A DNA stretch of 64,000 nucleotides from Eledone cirrhosa (lineage: Eukaryota): NCBI GenBank assembly GCA_964016885.1, contig OZ024742.1:377208001-377272000 (forward strand), read 5' to 3'. Positions 1-10,681 of this stretch are shown piece after piece (position 1 is the stretch's first letter; every line of letters begins with the position of its first letter). Position numbers and translations under genes: made by a program. The notes beneath the pieces are model-generated. The model had not been told where the DNA came from and ran no database searches. It was given only the letters and a program-made list of their open reading frames with translations.

Positions 1-77
1 GTTGACACCGCTTCTTCAAAACTGTATTGAACCCTAACAACATTATAGGTCCTACCATAAACAGATGAATACAAGTA

Positions 78-145
<68 letters not shown>

Positions 146-326
146 TAACAAGCGTAAAGTGAACTCCTGTACTCGTTTACAATCAAACATTAATATAGAC
201 ATACACATACACACTCACATATCCTTACACTCAAATACAGACACCCTGACACACATACATATACACACACCCTTGCACACACACTCACGTATATATATAT
301 AAATATATAATATATATATATATATA

Positions 327-710
327 GATATAGTTTTGCGAGGCTTTTGATATGAAATCGTGTATCGAAACAAATATTGTTATAGTTGGGGAGGGTCATA
401 TTTGTGTAATAATATTGCCAGAAATATGCCAAAAGATGGCGTAAGCATGCAATGCAACGGGAGGAAACATAATAGCAAGACTGACGATGTTGCAGATGTG
501 CAACGAAAGAACTTTGATATACTATATATATGTGTTTGTGTCTATATTGTATCTGTATTTTTGACCGTTGGTCAGTTAATGGCAACATTGAGGACCGAAT
601 AAATTAAATTAACCGATATAAAAGACACAGAAGCGAAATCCAAACAAACAGTGAGTGTGTTCTGTTATTATTTCTGGCAATATTATTACACAAATATGAC
701 CCTCCCCAAG

Positions 711-716
<6 letters not shown>
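327..716 (+). mobile_element. Naiad-like PLE, second subfamily: pLTR remnant with inverted arm and degenerate HHR (481-517)
   Basis: Minus arm 327-428 encodes MTLPNYNNICFDTRFHIKSLAK, homologous to the N-terminus of the 5889 ORF (MTLPKYNNIGFNTRFQIKNLAK). Plus arm 668-716 is its reverse complement. CTGACGA-t-gttgca/tgcaac-GAAA-gaac-TT at 481-514. Flanked by (TA)n. Related copy at 21617-21950. Confidence 0.75.
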
Positions 717-761
<45 letters not shown>

Positions 762-936
762 CAAACATCACGGACGCTCTATCTCAAAATTATTTTTGAA
801 AAGCATTAGAAATGCGCAACCGGTAAAACTTGAAACCAAAACTGAATAATAACCAATACTATTACTAATTTTCACTTATTCCTAATTAAACTATTTTTCA
901 CTGTGAACAATTTGTCAGCATTTTCTTTTCCGTTTA

Positions 937-965
<29 letters not shown>

Positions 966-973
<8 letters not shown>

Positions 974-1483
974 TAAAATAACAGATTAAAGTTTAAGCAA
1001 AGAATCGCTGCTTTCACCCTTAACGGGATCTTCTGAAACTAACAAAGTCAATCTGTTTATCTTCGTTTTTTCCGTTCATTGCCAGAGAACGTCTCTATGA
1101 ACCACCTAAGAGAACATTAGTCTACGACCTCTTTTATACCATAAACGTGGTTCTGTCTTTGCGCGTAATTGTTTTTCACCGCTCCTATTAATGACGTATT
1201 ATATTCGTTTTTTCCCGTTCTTTGCCAGGGAACGTTTCCACGAACCAAAGTATCGTCTTCCTGTCTTCCTCCGATTGCAACGTTTTTTGAAATATTCACT
1301 TCTGCGTTTACAGATTGACTTTGTTAGTTTCAGAAGATCCTGTTAAGGGTGAAAGCAGCGATTCTTTGCTTAAACTTTAATCTGTTATTTTAATAAATAT
1401 TTGCTCTACGGTTCTTATATATTTGATATATATTTATCCTTATCGAGCCCTCTTTGGATTTTAGTCTTCAAATTTATTATTAT

Positions 1484-1490
<7 letters not shown>
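966..1490. mobile_element. Inverted-pair PLE pLTR element with variant HHR (core CAGAAGA)
   Basis: 966-1056 is the reverse complement of ~1310-1400. The right arm has a ~90-nt extension. (TA)n on both sides. Other copies at 37195-37303, 55960-56515 and 60883-61280. Confidence 0.75.
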
Positions 1491-1553
<63 letters not shown>

Positions 1554-1576
1554 GTATATATACGTATGTCCCATAC

Positions 1577-1605
<29 letters not shown>

Positions 1606-1608
<3 letters not shown>

Positions 1609-1778
1609 GTATGTCTCAAGGCTCTGATACCATCAACACCATAAACACAGAGCTGGCATATCTAAGAATTGACTAACAGCCTGATGAGGTCATAGCCATT
1701 CAATGGCTATCATCGAAATATATATACAAGTAAATAAAGGATTATGAGTTCATGCAATTGACTTATGTTTCGTCACTA
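1606..1778 (+). ncRNA. Short (TA)n-embedded repeat with type I HHR (core at 1681)
   Basis: CTGATGA, hairpin atagccat/atggctat, GAAA-tatata-TA. Better-preserved relatives have stem I actgc/gcagt at 55705-55760 (-) and 49190-49244 (+). Confidence 0.7.
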
Positions 1779-1783
1779 TATAC

Positions 1784-1850
<67 letters not shown>

Positions 1851-1851
<1 letters not shown>

Positions 1852-2042
1852 GTTATTCCGGGTTGAATCGGAGGTAACCACAGTAAGTAAGGTACTCAAT
1901 ACATAGCAGAGTATAAAGGTTTTAATATAGATGAGATTCTACAGGACTAGAACTGTTTCATTCATTAGAAATCATCAGGAATCTGATGATTTCTAATGAA
2001 TGAAACAGTTCTAGTCCTGTAGAATCTCATCTATATTAAAAC

Positions 2043-2050
<8 letters not shown>
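1851..2050. ncRNA. Palindromic mini-element with type I HHR
   Basis: ~68-bp perfect inverted arms centred near 1980. Minus strand 1984-1935 reads agattc-CTGATGA-t-ttc/gaa-t-GAAA-cag/ctg-TA-gaatct. Left arm has a ~60-nt extension. Same family at 47898-47948 and 23855-23925. Confidence 0.8.
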
Positions 2051-2078
<28 letters not shown>

Positions 2079-2082
<4 letters not shown>

Positions 2083-2679
2083 CGTTTCTGAATTTATTTA
2101 GTAAGATTCTTTATCTGAAAACGTGTGTTGAGACCGATATTGTTATACTTTGGGAGGGTCATGTTGCCAATAAGAAAGACACGCACCAGTTGCTTTCACT
2201 TCAATTTACAAAGGCAATAAACATAAATGAACTCCAACCAAAATTAAATAGAAAACATGAATGGAACAACAACATCACAACTTACAATTAAGGACAAAAT
2301 GAAAACACACACGCACATAGAACAAACAACCAACCAGTAACATGTAAATAAACAAATAAATAAACAAATATAAACACACACAGACACCCGGATGTAACAC
2401 ATGCGCAAACTAAGCACACAACACACACAAAAACAGGATGGCGTAGGACAGAACAAAGGAGAGGCACAAAAACAAAGAAAAGAATCTCCAGTCACTGAAG
2501 AGGTCACAGAATGTGTGACGAAAGAACTTTGACAATATATAAACAATCATTTCGTTGTGGAACCAACCAACCAACCGGAAATTTATAAATTCCTAAATTT
2601 ATAAATTTATTATAATAAATTGAAGTGAAAGCAACTGGTGCGTGTGTTTCTTATTGGCAACATGACCCTCCCAAAGTAT

Positions 2680-2686
<7 letters not shown>
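2079..2686 (+). mobile_element. 5'-truncated Naiad-like PLE (3' pLTR with HHR plus short inverted arm)
   Basis: Homologous to 9630-10196. Inverted arm 2079-2207 includes the 60-nt extension. HHR at ~2490-2535. (TA)n flanks. Confidence 0.9.
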
Positions 2687-2740
<54 letters not shown>

Positions 2741-2741
<1 letters not shown>

Positions 2742-3497
2742 GCAAATATGATAATAAGGGCGCTGCGGAGTTGCAAATGGGTTACATATGAAAAAAGTTT
2801 GTCCTTCATCAATGATCTTCCAACTATCATAGGCATTTCATCGCTTTAAAGACCATATACCTCCGGTTGGTGCGAGCAAGGGCTAAAAAAAGTCGTTGGG
2901 ACACGTAAATAAAGGGGACGCGAGGGTAAACAAACAAAATGGTGAGGCAACAGAAAGTGAGGAAAGGAGACAAGTCCCAGATTTCTATGAATTTAAGTTC
3001 GGTGAAATCGTGAACGAGAGAATAAAGACCATCAAACCTGGTTGAAATGTGAGCAAGGAAGGAATTTCGCACAGGTCTAACGGGAGGAAGAAGGAGTCTG
3101 GTCTGCGAATTCGGTAAACATAAGTTCTGTGAAATCGTGGACGAGAGAGAAAAAAAATTCCGACCAGCTTGGCCGAGAATGTGAGAGAAAAGAGTTACTC
3201 ACAGGTCAAATGGGAAGAAAGAGGAGGAGGAGGAGGAGAGGTAGTGACAGAGAATGAGTGAGTGAAGGGTGAGGTGAGGAAGAGGCTAACAGAGAGAGAG
3301 ACTGCTAGAAAGGGTAAAAATAGATAGAACGAAAAAGACGGGGTAGCAGCAGAGGAAAAAATATGTGTAAATATGATAATAAGGGCGCTGCGGAGTTGCA
3401 AATGGGTTACATATGAAAAAAGTTTGTCCTTCATCAGTGATCTTCCAACTATCATAGGCATTTCATCGCTTTAAAGACCATATATCTCCGGTTGGTG

Positions 3498-3500
<3 letters not shown>
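2741..3500 (-). mobile_element. Non-coding element with 132-bp direct terminal repeats (period 625 bp)
   Basis: 2744-2875 is nearly identical to 3369-3500. Purine-rich (+) body, (TA)n both sides. Repeat carries GAAA...CTGATGA on the minus strand. Confidence 0.7.
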
Positions 3501-3563
<63 letters not shown>

Positions 3564-3951
3564 ATACTTTGGGAGGGTCATGGTTAAAATCTGCACTGGG
3601 TAATTGCTGGCCTTGTGCCAAAAGTAGAAACAATTATTACATAAGTTTATTAGTATGTTAGGTAATTTTTGTGGAAACATCTATCCAGATGTACAGCACA
3701 GGCCGATTTATTGTAAATATTGTTGGATGTGTAACGAAAATAACTAAAGGAGTATATAAGGTTCTGACAGCAATGATGCTGGATGAGACATGTTTAGGTT
3801 GAAATGATGATCTCACAGTTTACAGCCACATACTTTCTCATCCAAGTTTATAACCTCTCTCCAATTATTTTATTTTACAACGACGCTAAATATTCATTCT
3901 TTATACACATATATATATAAAGAATAAATATATACACACACATACTATACA

Positions 3952-4026
<75 letters not shown>

Positions 4027-4033
<7 letters not shown>

Positions 4034-4420
4034 AGATCAAAAGATGGCTAAACGAGTTCCATATATTTTATTATGCGCATTTCAAAAACAAATATAATCA
4101 TAGGATGATATTTGCGTTCTCATCAGATAAAATAGGGAGACATGATATGAAGCTTAAAAAACACTTGCGAGCAGTGAATTGTTAAATCGCAAGTGTTTTT
4201 TAACCTTCATATCATGTATCCCTATTTTATCTGATGAGAAGGCAAATATCATCCCATGATGATATTTGTTTTTGAAATGCGCATAATAAAATATATGGAA
4301 CTCTTTTAACCATCTTTTGATCTTATATTATTTATACTCCAGTCCTATAAACTGTAGAGTGGTACTTCTCCGATATTTACATTGCTTTATTGTGCTACAA
4401 TAAAACTCACATCCTACATA
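4027..4420. ncRNA. Inverted-pair mini-element with type I HHR (4223-4293 +, mirror copy on -)
   Basis: Stem I tattttat/ataaaata, CTGATGA at 4231, long stem II, GAAA at 4274, palindromic tgcgca, TA. Arms ~4027-4170 and ~4187-4331, right arm extended. Another copy at 22296-22440 (-). Confidence 0.85.
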
Positions 4421-4431
4421 TATATATATAT

Positions 4432-4540
4432 AACGAAGGAGGTGTGGTAAGGAACCAGATGGACCTTAATGCACCAGAGTACTCAATACTTAGGGTAGTA
4501 GAGTGGGTTATAGGAAAATGTTTGACCCCGACGGCAGAGC

Positions 4541-4543
<3 letters not shown>
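4432..4543 (-). repeat. Fragment of HHR-bearing mini-element family (also 58703-58870, 59230-59385)
   Basis: Clear similarity among three loci. The 58823-58856 copy shows an HHR 3' half: GAAA-cggc/gccg-TC-ggggtc. Confidence 0.65.
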
Positions 4544-4581
<38 letters not shown>

Positions 4582-4587
<6 letters not shown>

Positions 4588-4886
4588 ATTATTATGTAAT
4601 AAACAACATAAGGCAATTATTCCATTTACCAGTGGTTTCTTAAAAGCAAAAGGTTTTGCTTTCAATCCTCAGAATGAAAAATCCTGGTTTGTTTATTGAA
4701 TATGGATTCAATAAACAAACCAGGATTTTTCATTCTGAGGATTGAAAGCAAAACCTTTTGCTTTTAAGAAACCACTGGTAAATGGAATAATTGCCTTATG
4801 TTGTTTATTACATAATAATAATAATTAAGCTCTGTTGCTTACATAGAGCACTCTTTTTTCCTGGACTTTTCCGATGGAATTACTTC

Positions 4887-4893
<7 letters not shown>
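4582..4893. ncRNA. Perfect ~120-bp-arm palindrome with type I HHR (4728-4787 +, mirror copy on -)
   Basis: catt-CTGAGGA (4735), ~11-bp stem II, GAAA (4768), cca/tgg, TA, aatg. Centre 4702-4705. Right arm extended to 4893. Diverged relative at 48560-48646 (-). Confidence 0.85.
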
Positions 4894-4958
<65 letters not shown>

Positions 4959-5171
4959 CGTTTCTGAATTTGTTTAGCAAGATTCTTTATCTGAAATCGT
5001 GTGTTGAAACCGATATTGTTATACTTTGGGAGGGTCATGTTGCCAATAAGAAACACACGCACCAGTTGCTTTCACTTCAATTTAATTTATTATATATTTA
5101 TAAATTTACAAATTTATAAATTTCTGGTTGGTTGGTTGGTTCCACAACCAGATAGTTGTTTATATATATAT

Positions 5172-5216
5172 AGTCATAGTTCTTTCGTCACACACTCTGT
5201 GACCTCTTCAGTGACT
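5172..5216 (-). ncRNA. Minimal type I HHR in the inverted pLTR
   Basis: Reverse complement of the motif at 9993-10037. Confidence 0.75.
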
Positions 5217-5710
5217 GGGGATTTCTTTCTTCGTTTCTGTGCCTTTCCTTTCTTCTATCCTACGCCATTTTGTTTGTGTGTGGGTTGCGTGCTCAGTTTG
5301 CGCATGCGCGCGCCACATCCGGGTGTCTGTGTGTGTTTGTGTTCATTTTTCCATTTTTCTATTTATATTTTTCTATTTGTTTGTTTATTTATTTATTTAT
5401 TGTTGGTTGGTTGTTTGTTCTATGTGTGTGTGTGTTTTCATTTTGTGTGTGTTTTCAATTGTAAGTTGTTTGTTCTATGTGTGTGTGTGTTTTTATTTTG
5501 TTCTTAATTGTAAGTTGTGATGTTGCTGTTCCACTCATATTTTCTATTTAATTTTGGTTTTAATTCTTTTATGCTTACTGCCTCTGTAATTTGCCTAAAC
5601 ATTGCGTCTTTCTTGTGTGTGGATTCTATTTTTATTTCTATGCTCTCTAATTTACCCCTGTGTTCTATCTTAGCATGTTGGTAGAGCACAGATGATTCTT
5701 TATTATCCCC

Positions 5711-5755
5711 AGTCACTGAAGAGGTCACAGAGTCTGTGACGAAAGAACTATGACT
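5711..5755 (+). ncRNA. Minimal type I HHR in the 5' pLTR
   Basis: agtca-CTGAAGA-g-gtcacag/ctgtgac-GAAA-gaac-TA-tgact. 5-bp stem I, minimal stem III, one extra nucleotide after A9. Confidence 0.75.
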
Positions 5756-5888
5756 ATATATATATAAACAACTATCTGGTTGTGGAACCAACCAACCAAC
5801 CAGAAATTTATAAATTTGTAAATTTATAAATATATAATAAATTAAATTGAAGTGAAAGCAACTGGTGCGTGTGTTTCTTATTGGCAAC

Positions 5889-8800
5889 ATGACCCTCCCA
5901 AAGTATAACAATATCGGTTTCAACACACGATTTCAGATAAAGAATCTTGCTAAACAAATTCAGAAACGAAATATCGTAAGCCTTAGCCAGGCTAACAAGA
6001 TACTGAAAACCACCATGTTCTGTTGTCTACGAAAAACCATAACATCTCGACAACTACGCTTCATAAAACTGTGCACCACTTCTAGAATCTACACCAACAC
6101 CATCAATACCGACGTTAGAAGATTACAACTCACCAAAAAACAAGCAGATAGGCTAAAACGAACTTTAATTCTAATCATAAAAAAGAAGATCTATAGAGAA
6201 TTAAGTCATCAAGAAAAACTAAAGCGTAACCTAATACAAGAAATATCTAAAATCACCACACCAGCAGAAAAACTAACATTTATAAGCCTTATACGCCCCG
6301 AAGAACAATACATTACTCAAGAATGTAATAAGCACTTTAACAGAAAATTAAAGTGGCTTAAACAGGCAAAGCTAAATCGGGATACTATAGAGTATACCAA
6401 TAGATATCCCGACAAAATTGACGGTATCAACATGGCCGACACCTCATTATCTGAAGAGTTCAACAATGAAAATACCAACATTTATGGAAACACGGAAATA
6501 GATAATAATAAAATGTCTGTGTTACGTCTGCCACCCAAATTTGCGACATTCAAGAAGGTAAATATGATTAGTTGTCTGTCAGAAATAGAAAAATCATTTA
6601 CGAAACTACGCTGGAGCATCAAAAACAAAAACAAAAGCAACAATATACGCACACACATATACAACACACATCCCAACAACAACAGACACACAGACACAAA
6701 CAACAATAACAACAACAATAGCAACATACCCAGATACAACAACAACAATAGCAACATACCCAGATACAACAACAGACACGCAGACACAAACATCAATAAC
6801 AACACACACGGAGACAACAATAACAACAACACACACATCAACAACAACAACAATAGCAACATACCCAGATACAACAACAACAGACACGCAAACACAAACA
6901 ACAATAACAACACACACAACAACGATAACACACACACACACGGAGACAACAACAACACACATCAACAACAACACACATCAACAACAACAACACACACGCA
7001 TTCAATGCCTCTCACCACCACCACAATCTTAACAAACACACAGACACAGAAAACAAGTAATGACAGTAGCGCAGAAATCAGAGAAATAAGAGAAAGTAAT
7101 AGGATTAAAAGGAAAAGGAGATGGGAGACTAAGGACAAATAGAATAACCAAGACGAACACACAGACACACAAAATAGGGTAGATAACAACATTGAGCCAG
7201 TGGAAAGAGACAGGAGTAATTATGAGAGACATAGAAACAACCATGAAGCTGAGGCTGCTGCTGTTGGTGGAAATAGAAACAACACAACTAACAATAACAA
7301 TAGCACTAGTACACATAAAGCAGCAGCCTGGAACTCTCCGTTTTATAACCCCTCCGATAAATCATTCGACCTACGACGAGTCCACGCCACGACTTTGCCA
7401 TTTAACAAACGCACGCAGTTGCCGTCGCAGGTCGATGAACAAACAGAAGCACAATTTAGTATAGCTAAATCCGAACTTAGAAATATTATAGAACAGTATA
7501 GCAAGAAGCATAATAGAATAGAGGCCCAGCAACTGGGAGAAGAATCTGCAAATGGCTTGCGTAAGCTCATGCAGCGCTCACGTAATGGAGAGATAGCATG
7601 CTTTCCAACAGACAAGTCTGGCAGAATGTCGGTTGACAGCCTGCCAAACTACATCCAGGCAATGCAACCCCACATCACTAACACAAGAGAGGTAACACCA
7701 CAGGAGCATGAGGATAGAGAAAAAACCCTCAATGCCCATATGGTGATGTGGACAAATATAATGCAGCCCAACAAAAGGACTGCCAACAACTTCCAGGCCT
7801 GGAACAATGACGTGCCGGCGTTGTATGGGCTTCGAAAAGACCATAAAACGGGCTGGGACCCTGTCGTGGGACCACCAACACGGCCAGTCTGTGGGGCTAA
7901 CATTGCTAGTAACTACAGACTGTCCTACTTCCTCTCCCTGATCATACGCCCCATCATTGAGATGTCCCCAGATGTGTGTGACAGCACGGAGGACCTCCTC
8001 AGCAGAATCGGCGCGGGTAACCGATCTGGGGACCTAACAAACTGCATAATAGGCAGTATGGATGTTGTGTCCCTGTATCCATCTATTGACGTGGATTTTG
8101 CTGTGGAGAAATGCGTCGAAATGATCGGCGAGAGCAAGGTTGAGTTCCGTGGGATTGATACCAGTGAGCTGGGACTTCTACTTAAGCTTACCCATAGTAA
8201 TAGTTACCTAGACACTTATGACCTTAGCAACCTGTGCCCTACAAGACCAGCAAGAGGCAGACCACCTACCATTACCTCAATGGCCAAGAAAACCCACACA
8301 GATAGATGGAACGGGTGGACCAGAGCCATACGGACACCCGAAAACCACGATGAACTGAAGAAAATGATTGCACATGCGGTAGGGGCCAGCATAAAATTAA
8401 CCCTTAAGGAACATATGTTCAAATTTAATGGTAAAACATATGCCCAAGAGGAAGGAGCAGCCATTGGTGTTAGCATTGCAGGCGACATAGCTAACTTATT
8501 CATGGTATGGTGGGACAGTAGACTTAAACAAAAACTTAATGAACAATTAGAAGACAGCTTAACCCTGATAATGTACTCCCGCTACGTAGATGATATAAAC
8601 ATCGTAGTTAAGACACCCCCACTAAAGAACAGTCAGGAACTAGAGAAAAACACAATGGAAAGCATCCAGCAAATAGCAAACTCCATCCACCAGAGCATTA
8701 GAGTTACTATAGACTACCCAAGTAGACACCCCAACCATCGATTACCTGTACTAGACACAGAGCTCTGGTTAGATACAATTAACAACCAAAAACAAATCCT

Positions 8801-9713
8801 CCATTCCCATTATGCCAAACCCATGACTTCCAAACATCTGATCCACCGAAACTCGGCCATTTCGCACCATACCAAAATCAACATACTGATTGCGGATTTG
8901 GTACGGGTGATGAGAAATGTGTCCCGCATGTGCAACCCCGAAGAACTAGAGAGACACATACAACATTTCATCCACCGTATGCAGTTCTCTGGCTACAATC
9001 AGAGAGATAGAATCAGAGTGTATAAAGGAGCCAGAACCAAATGGGAAAAAATGGGAAATAATGACATAAATGGGACCTGCCCCTTGTATAGGAGCAAATT
9101 TTGGAATAGAATAGAAAGAACTAAGAACAAGGCCAATAGAATAAACTCATGGTATGATAGCAATAAATACCAGAGTGTAATGTTCATCAATACAACCCCT
9201 AGAGGCGAACTAGCCTACAAATTTAGAAGGGCCCTAAAGAAACATAATCTCAATATTAAGATAGTAGAAAGACCTGGTACCTCCGTAAAAACACTTATTA
9301 GCAAGACATACCCGTTCCAAAGACCCTCATGTATAGATAAGAAATGTATAACCTGTAAAATAAGCCCCCATATTAACTGTAAAACTAGAAATGTAGTATA
9401 TAGCATAAGATGTACTGAAGGACAATGTAGAAACAAAAATATAGTGTACATAGGTGAGACAGCTCGTAGTATAGGGGAACGAATAAATGAACACTGGCGA
9501 GACCTCCAAGATAATAAAGAATCATCTGTGCTCTACCAACATGCTAAGATAGAACACAGGGGTAAATTAGAGAGCATAGAAATAAAAATAGAATCCACAC
9601 ACAAGAAAGACGCAATGTTTAGGCAAATTACAGAGGCAGTAAGCATAAAAGAATTAAAACCAAAATTAAATAGAAAATATGAGTGGAACAGCAACATCAC
9701 AACTTACAATTAA
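5889..9713 (+). CDS. PLE polyprotein: N-terminal domain, reverse transcriptase, Cys-rich linker, GIY-YIG endonuclease; one in-frame TAG at 7140-7142
   Basis: Track ORFs 5865-7142 and 7200-9713 share a frame with 19 open codons between them. ATG at 5889 lies in the pLTR. Motifs LPPKF..EIEK..KLRW, PTDKSG, SMDVVSLYPSI, GAAIG, RYVDD, LPVLD, CxxxxCxxC..C, VVY..C..C..YIGET.R...R..EH, LNRK.EW. Confidence 0.92.
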
Positions 9714-9992
9714 GGACAAAATGAAAACACACACACACATAGAACAAACAACTTACAATTGAAAACACACACAAAATGAAAACACACACATAGAACAAAC
9801 AACCAACCAACAATAAATAAATAAATAAACAAACAAATAGAAAAATATAAATAGAAAAATAGAAAAATGAACACAAACACACACAGACACCCGGATGTGG
9901 CGCATGCGCAAACTGAGCACGCAACCCACACACAAACAAAATGGCGTAGGATAGAAGAAAGGAAAGGCACAGAAACGAAGAAAGAAATCCCC

Positions 9993-10037
9993 AGTCACTG
10001 AAGAGGTCACAGAGTGTGTGACGAAAGAACTATGACT
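9993..10037 (+). ncRNA. Minimal type I HHR in the 3' pLTR
   Basis: agtca-CTGAAGA-g-gtcaca/tgtgac-GAAA-gaac-TA-tgact. Confidence 0.75.
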
Positions 10038-10681
10038 ATATATATATAAACAACTATCTGGTTGTGGAACCAACCAACCAACCAGAAATTTATAAATTTG
10101 TAAATTTATAAATATATAATAAATTAAATTGAAGTGAAAGCAACTGGTGCGTGTGTTTCTTATTGGCAACATGACCCTCCCAAAGTATAACAATATATAT
10201 ATATATATATATATAAGCATACAAATAGAATGAGAATAAGAAGAAAGCAAGAACAGGGGGGGGGGTTCCTCATCAGTTGTCTACTGAGGGTCTCGGATAT
10301 TTCAATGCTTTACAGACAATATACCTACCGCCCAGAGCGTTCAATAACCAGGTAAGTTATTTGGAAAACGGAGGAGGGAGGGAAATAAAATAGAAGGGAA
10401 AAGGTGAAAAGGCAACGGTGGAACACAATTTAACTATTTTAAATTTTGATGGCATCACTAAGAAGATGAAATAAAAGCTAAGTTAACAATATGGATCGAC
10501 AGCATGAGGCAGTCGATACGATTAATGTTTAAAACGATATCCAATCTTCGCTGTTTATTAACCTGAACTAGAAATCAATAAAGAATTTCAATATCTGCTG
10601 CTAATATAACAAAATAGTATTTAATTACATTTTAACTTTAAAAAAAAAGGTGAGAAATGTTGTTTAATATACCCAGCTCTT

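Larger units (their letters stand above)
4954..10196 (+). mobile_element. Near full-length Penelope-like retroelement (Naiad-like)
   Basis: Inverted pLTR 4954-5707, partial 5' pLTR 5707-5914, ORF, 3' pLTR to 10196. HHR in each pLTR. Inserted in (TA)n. Typical PLE architecture. Confidence 0.95.

Noticed and set aside
190-4665. YIYI-rich and other short ORFs here and throughout the window
   Set aside because: Products of (TA)n tracts and non-coding pLTR repeats, with no domain motifs.
5865-9713. Two separate genes or a selenoprotein PLE
   Set aside because: The ORFs share a frame and split one PLE N-terminal domain. There is no in-frame TGA and I found no convincing SECIS.
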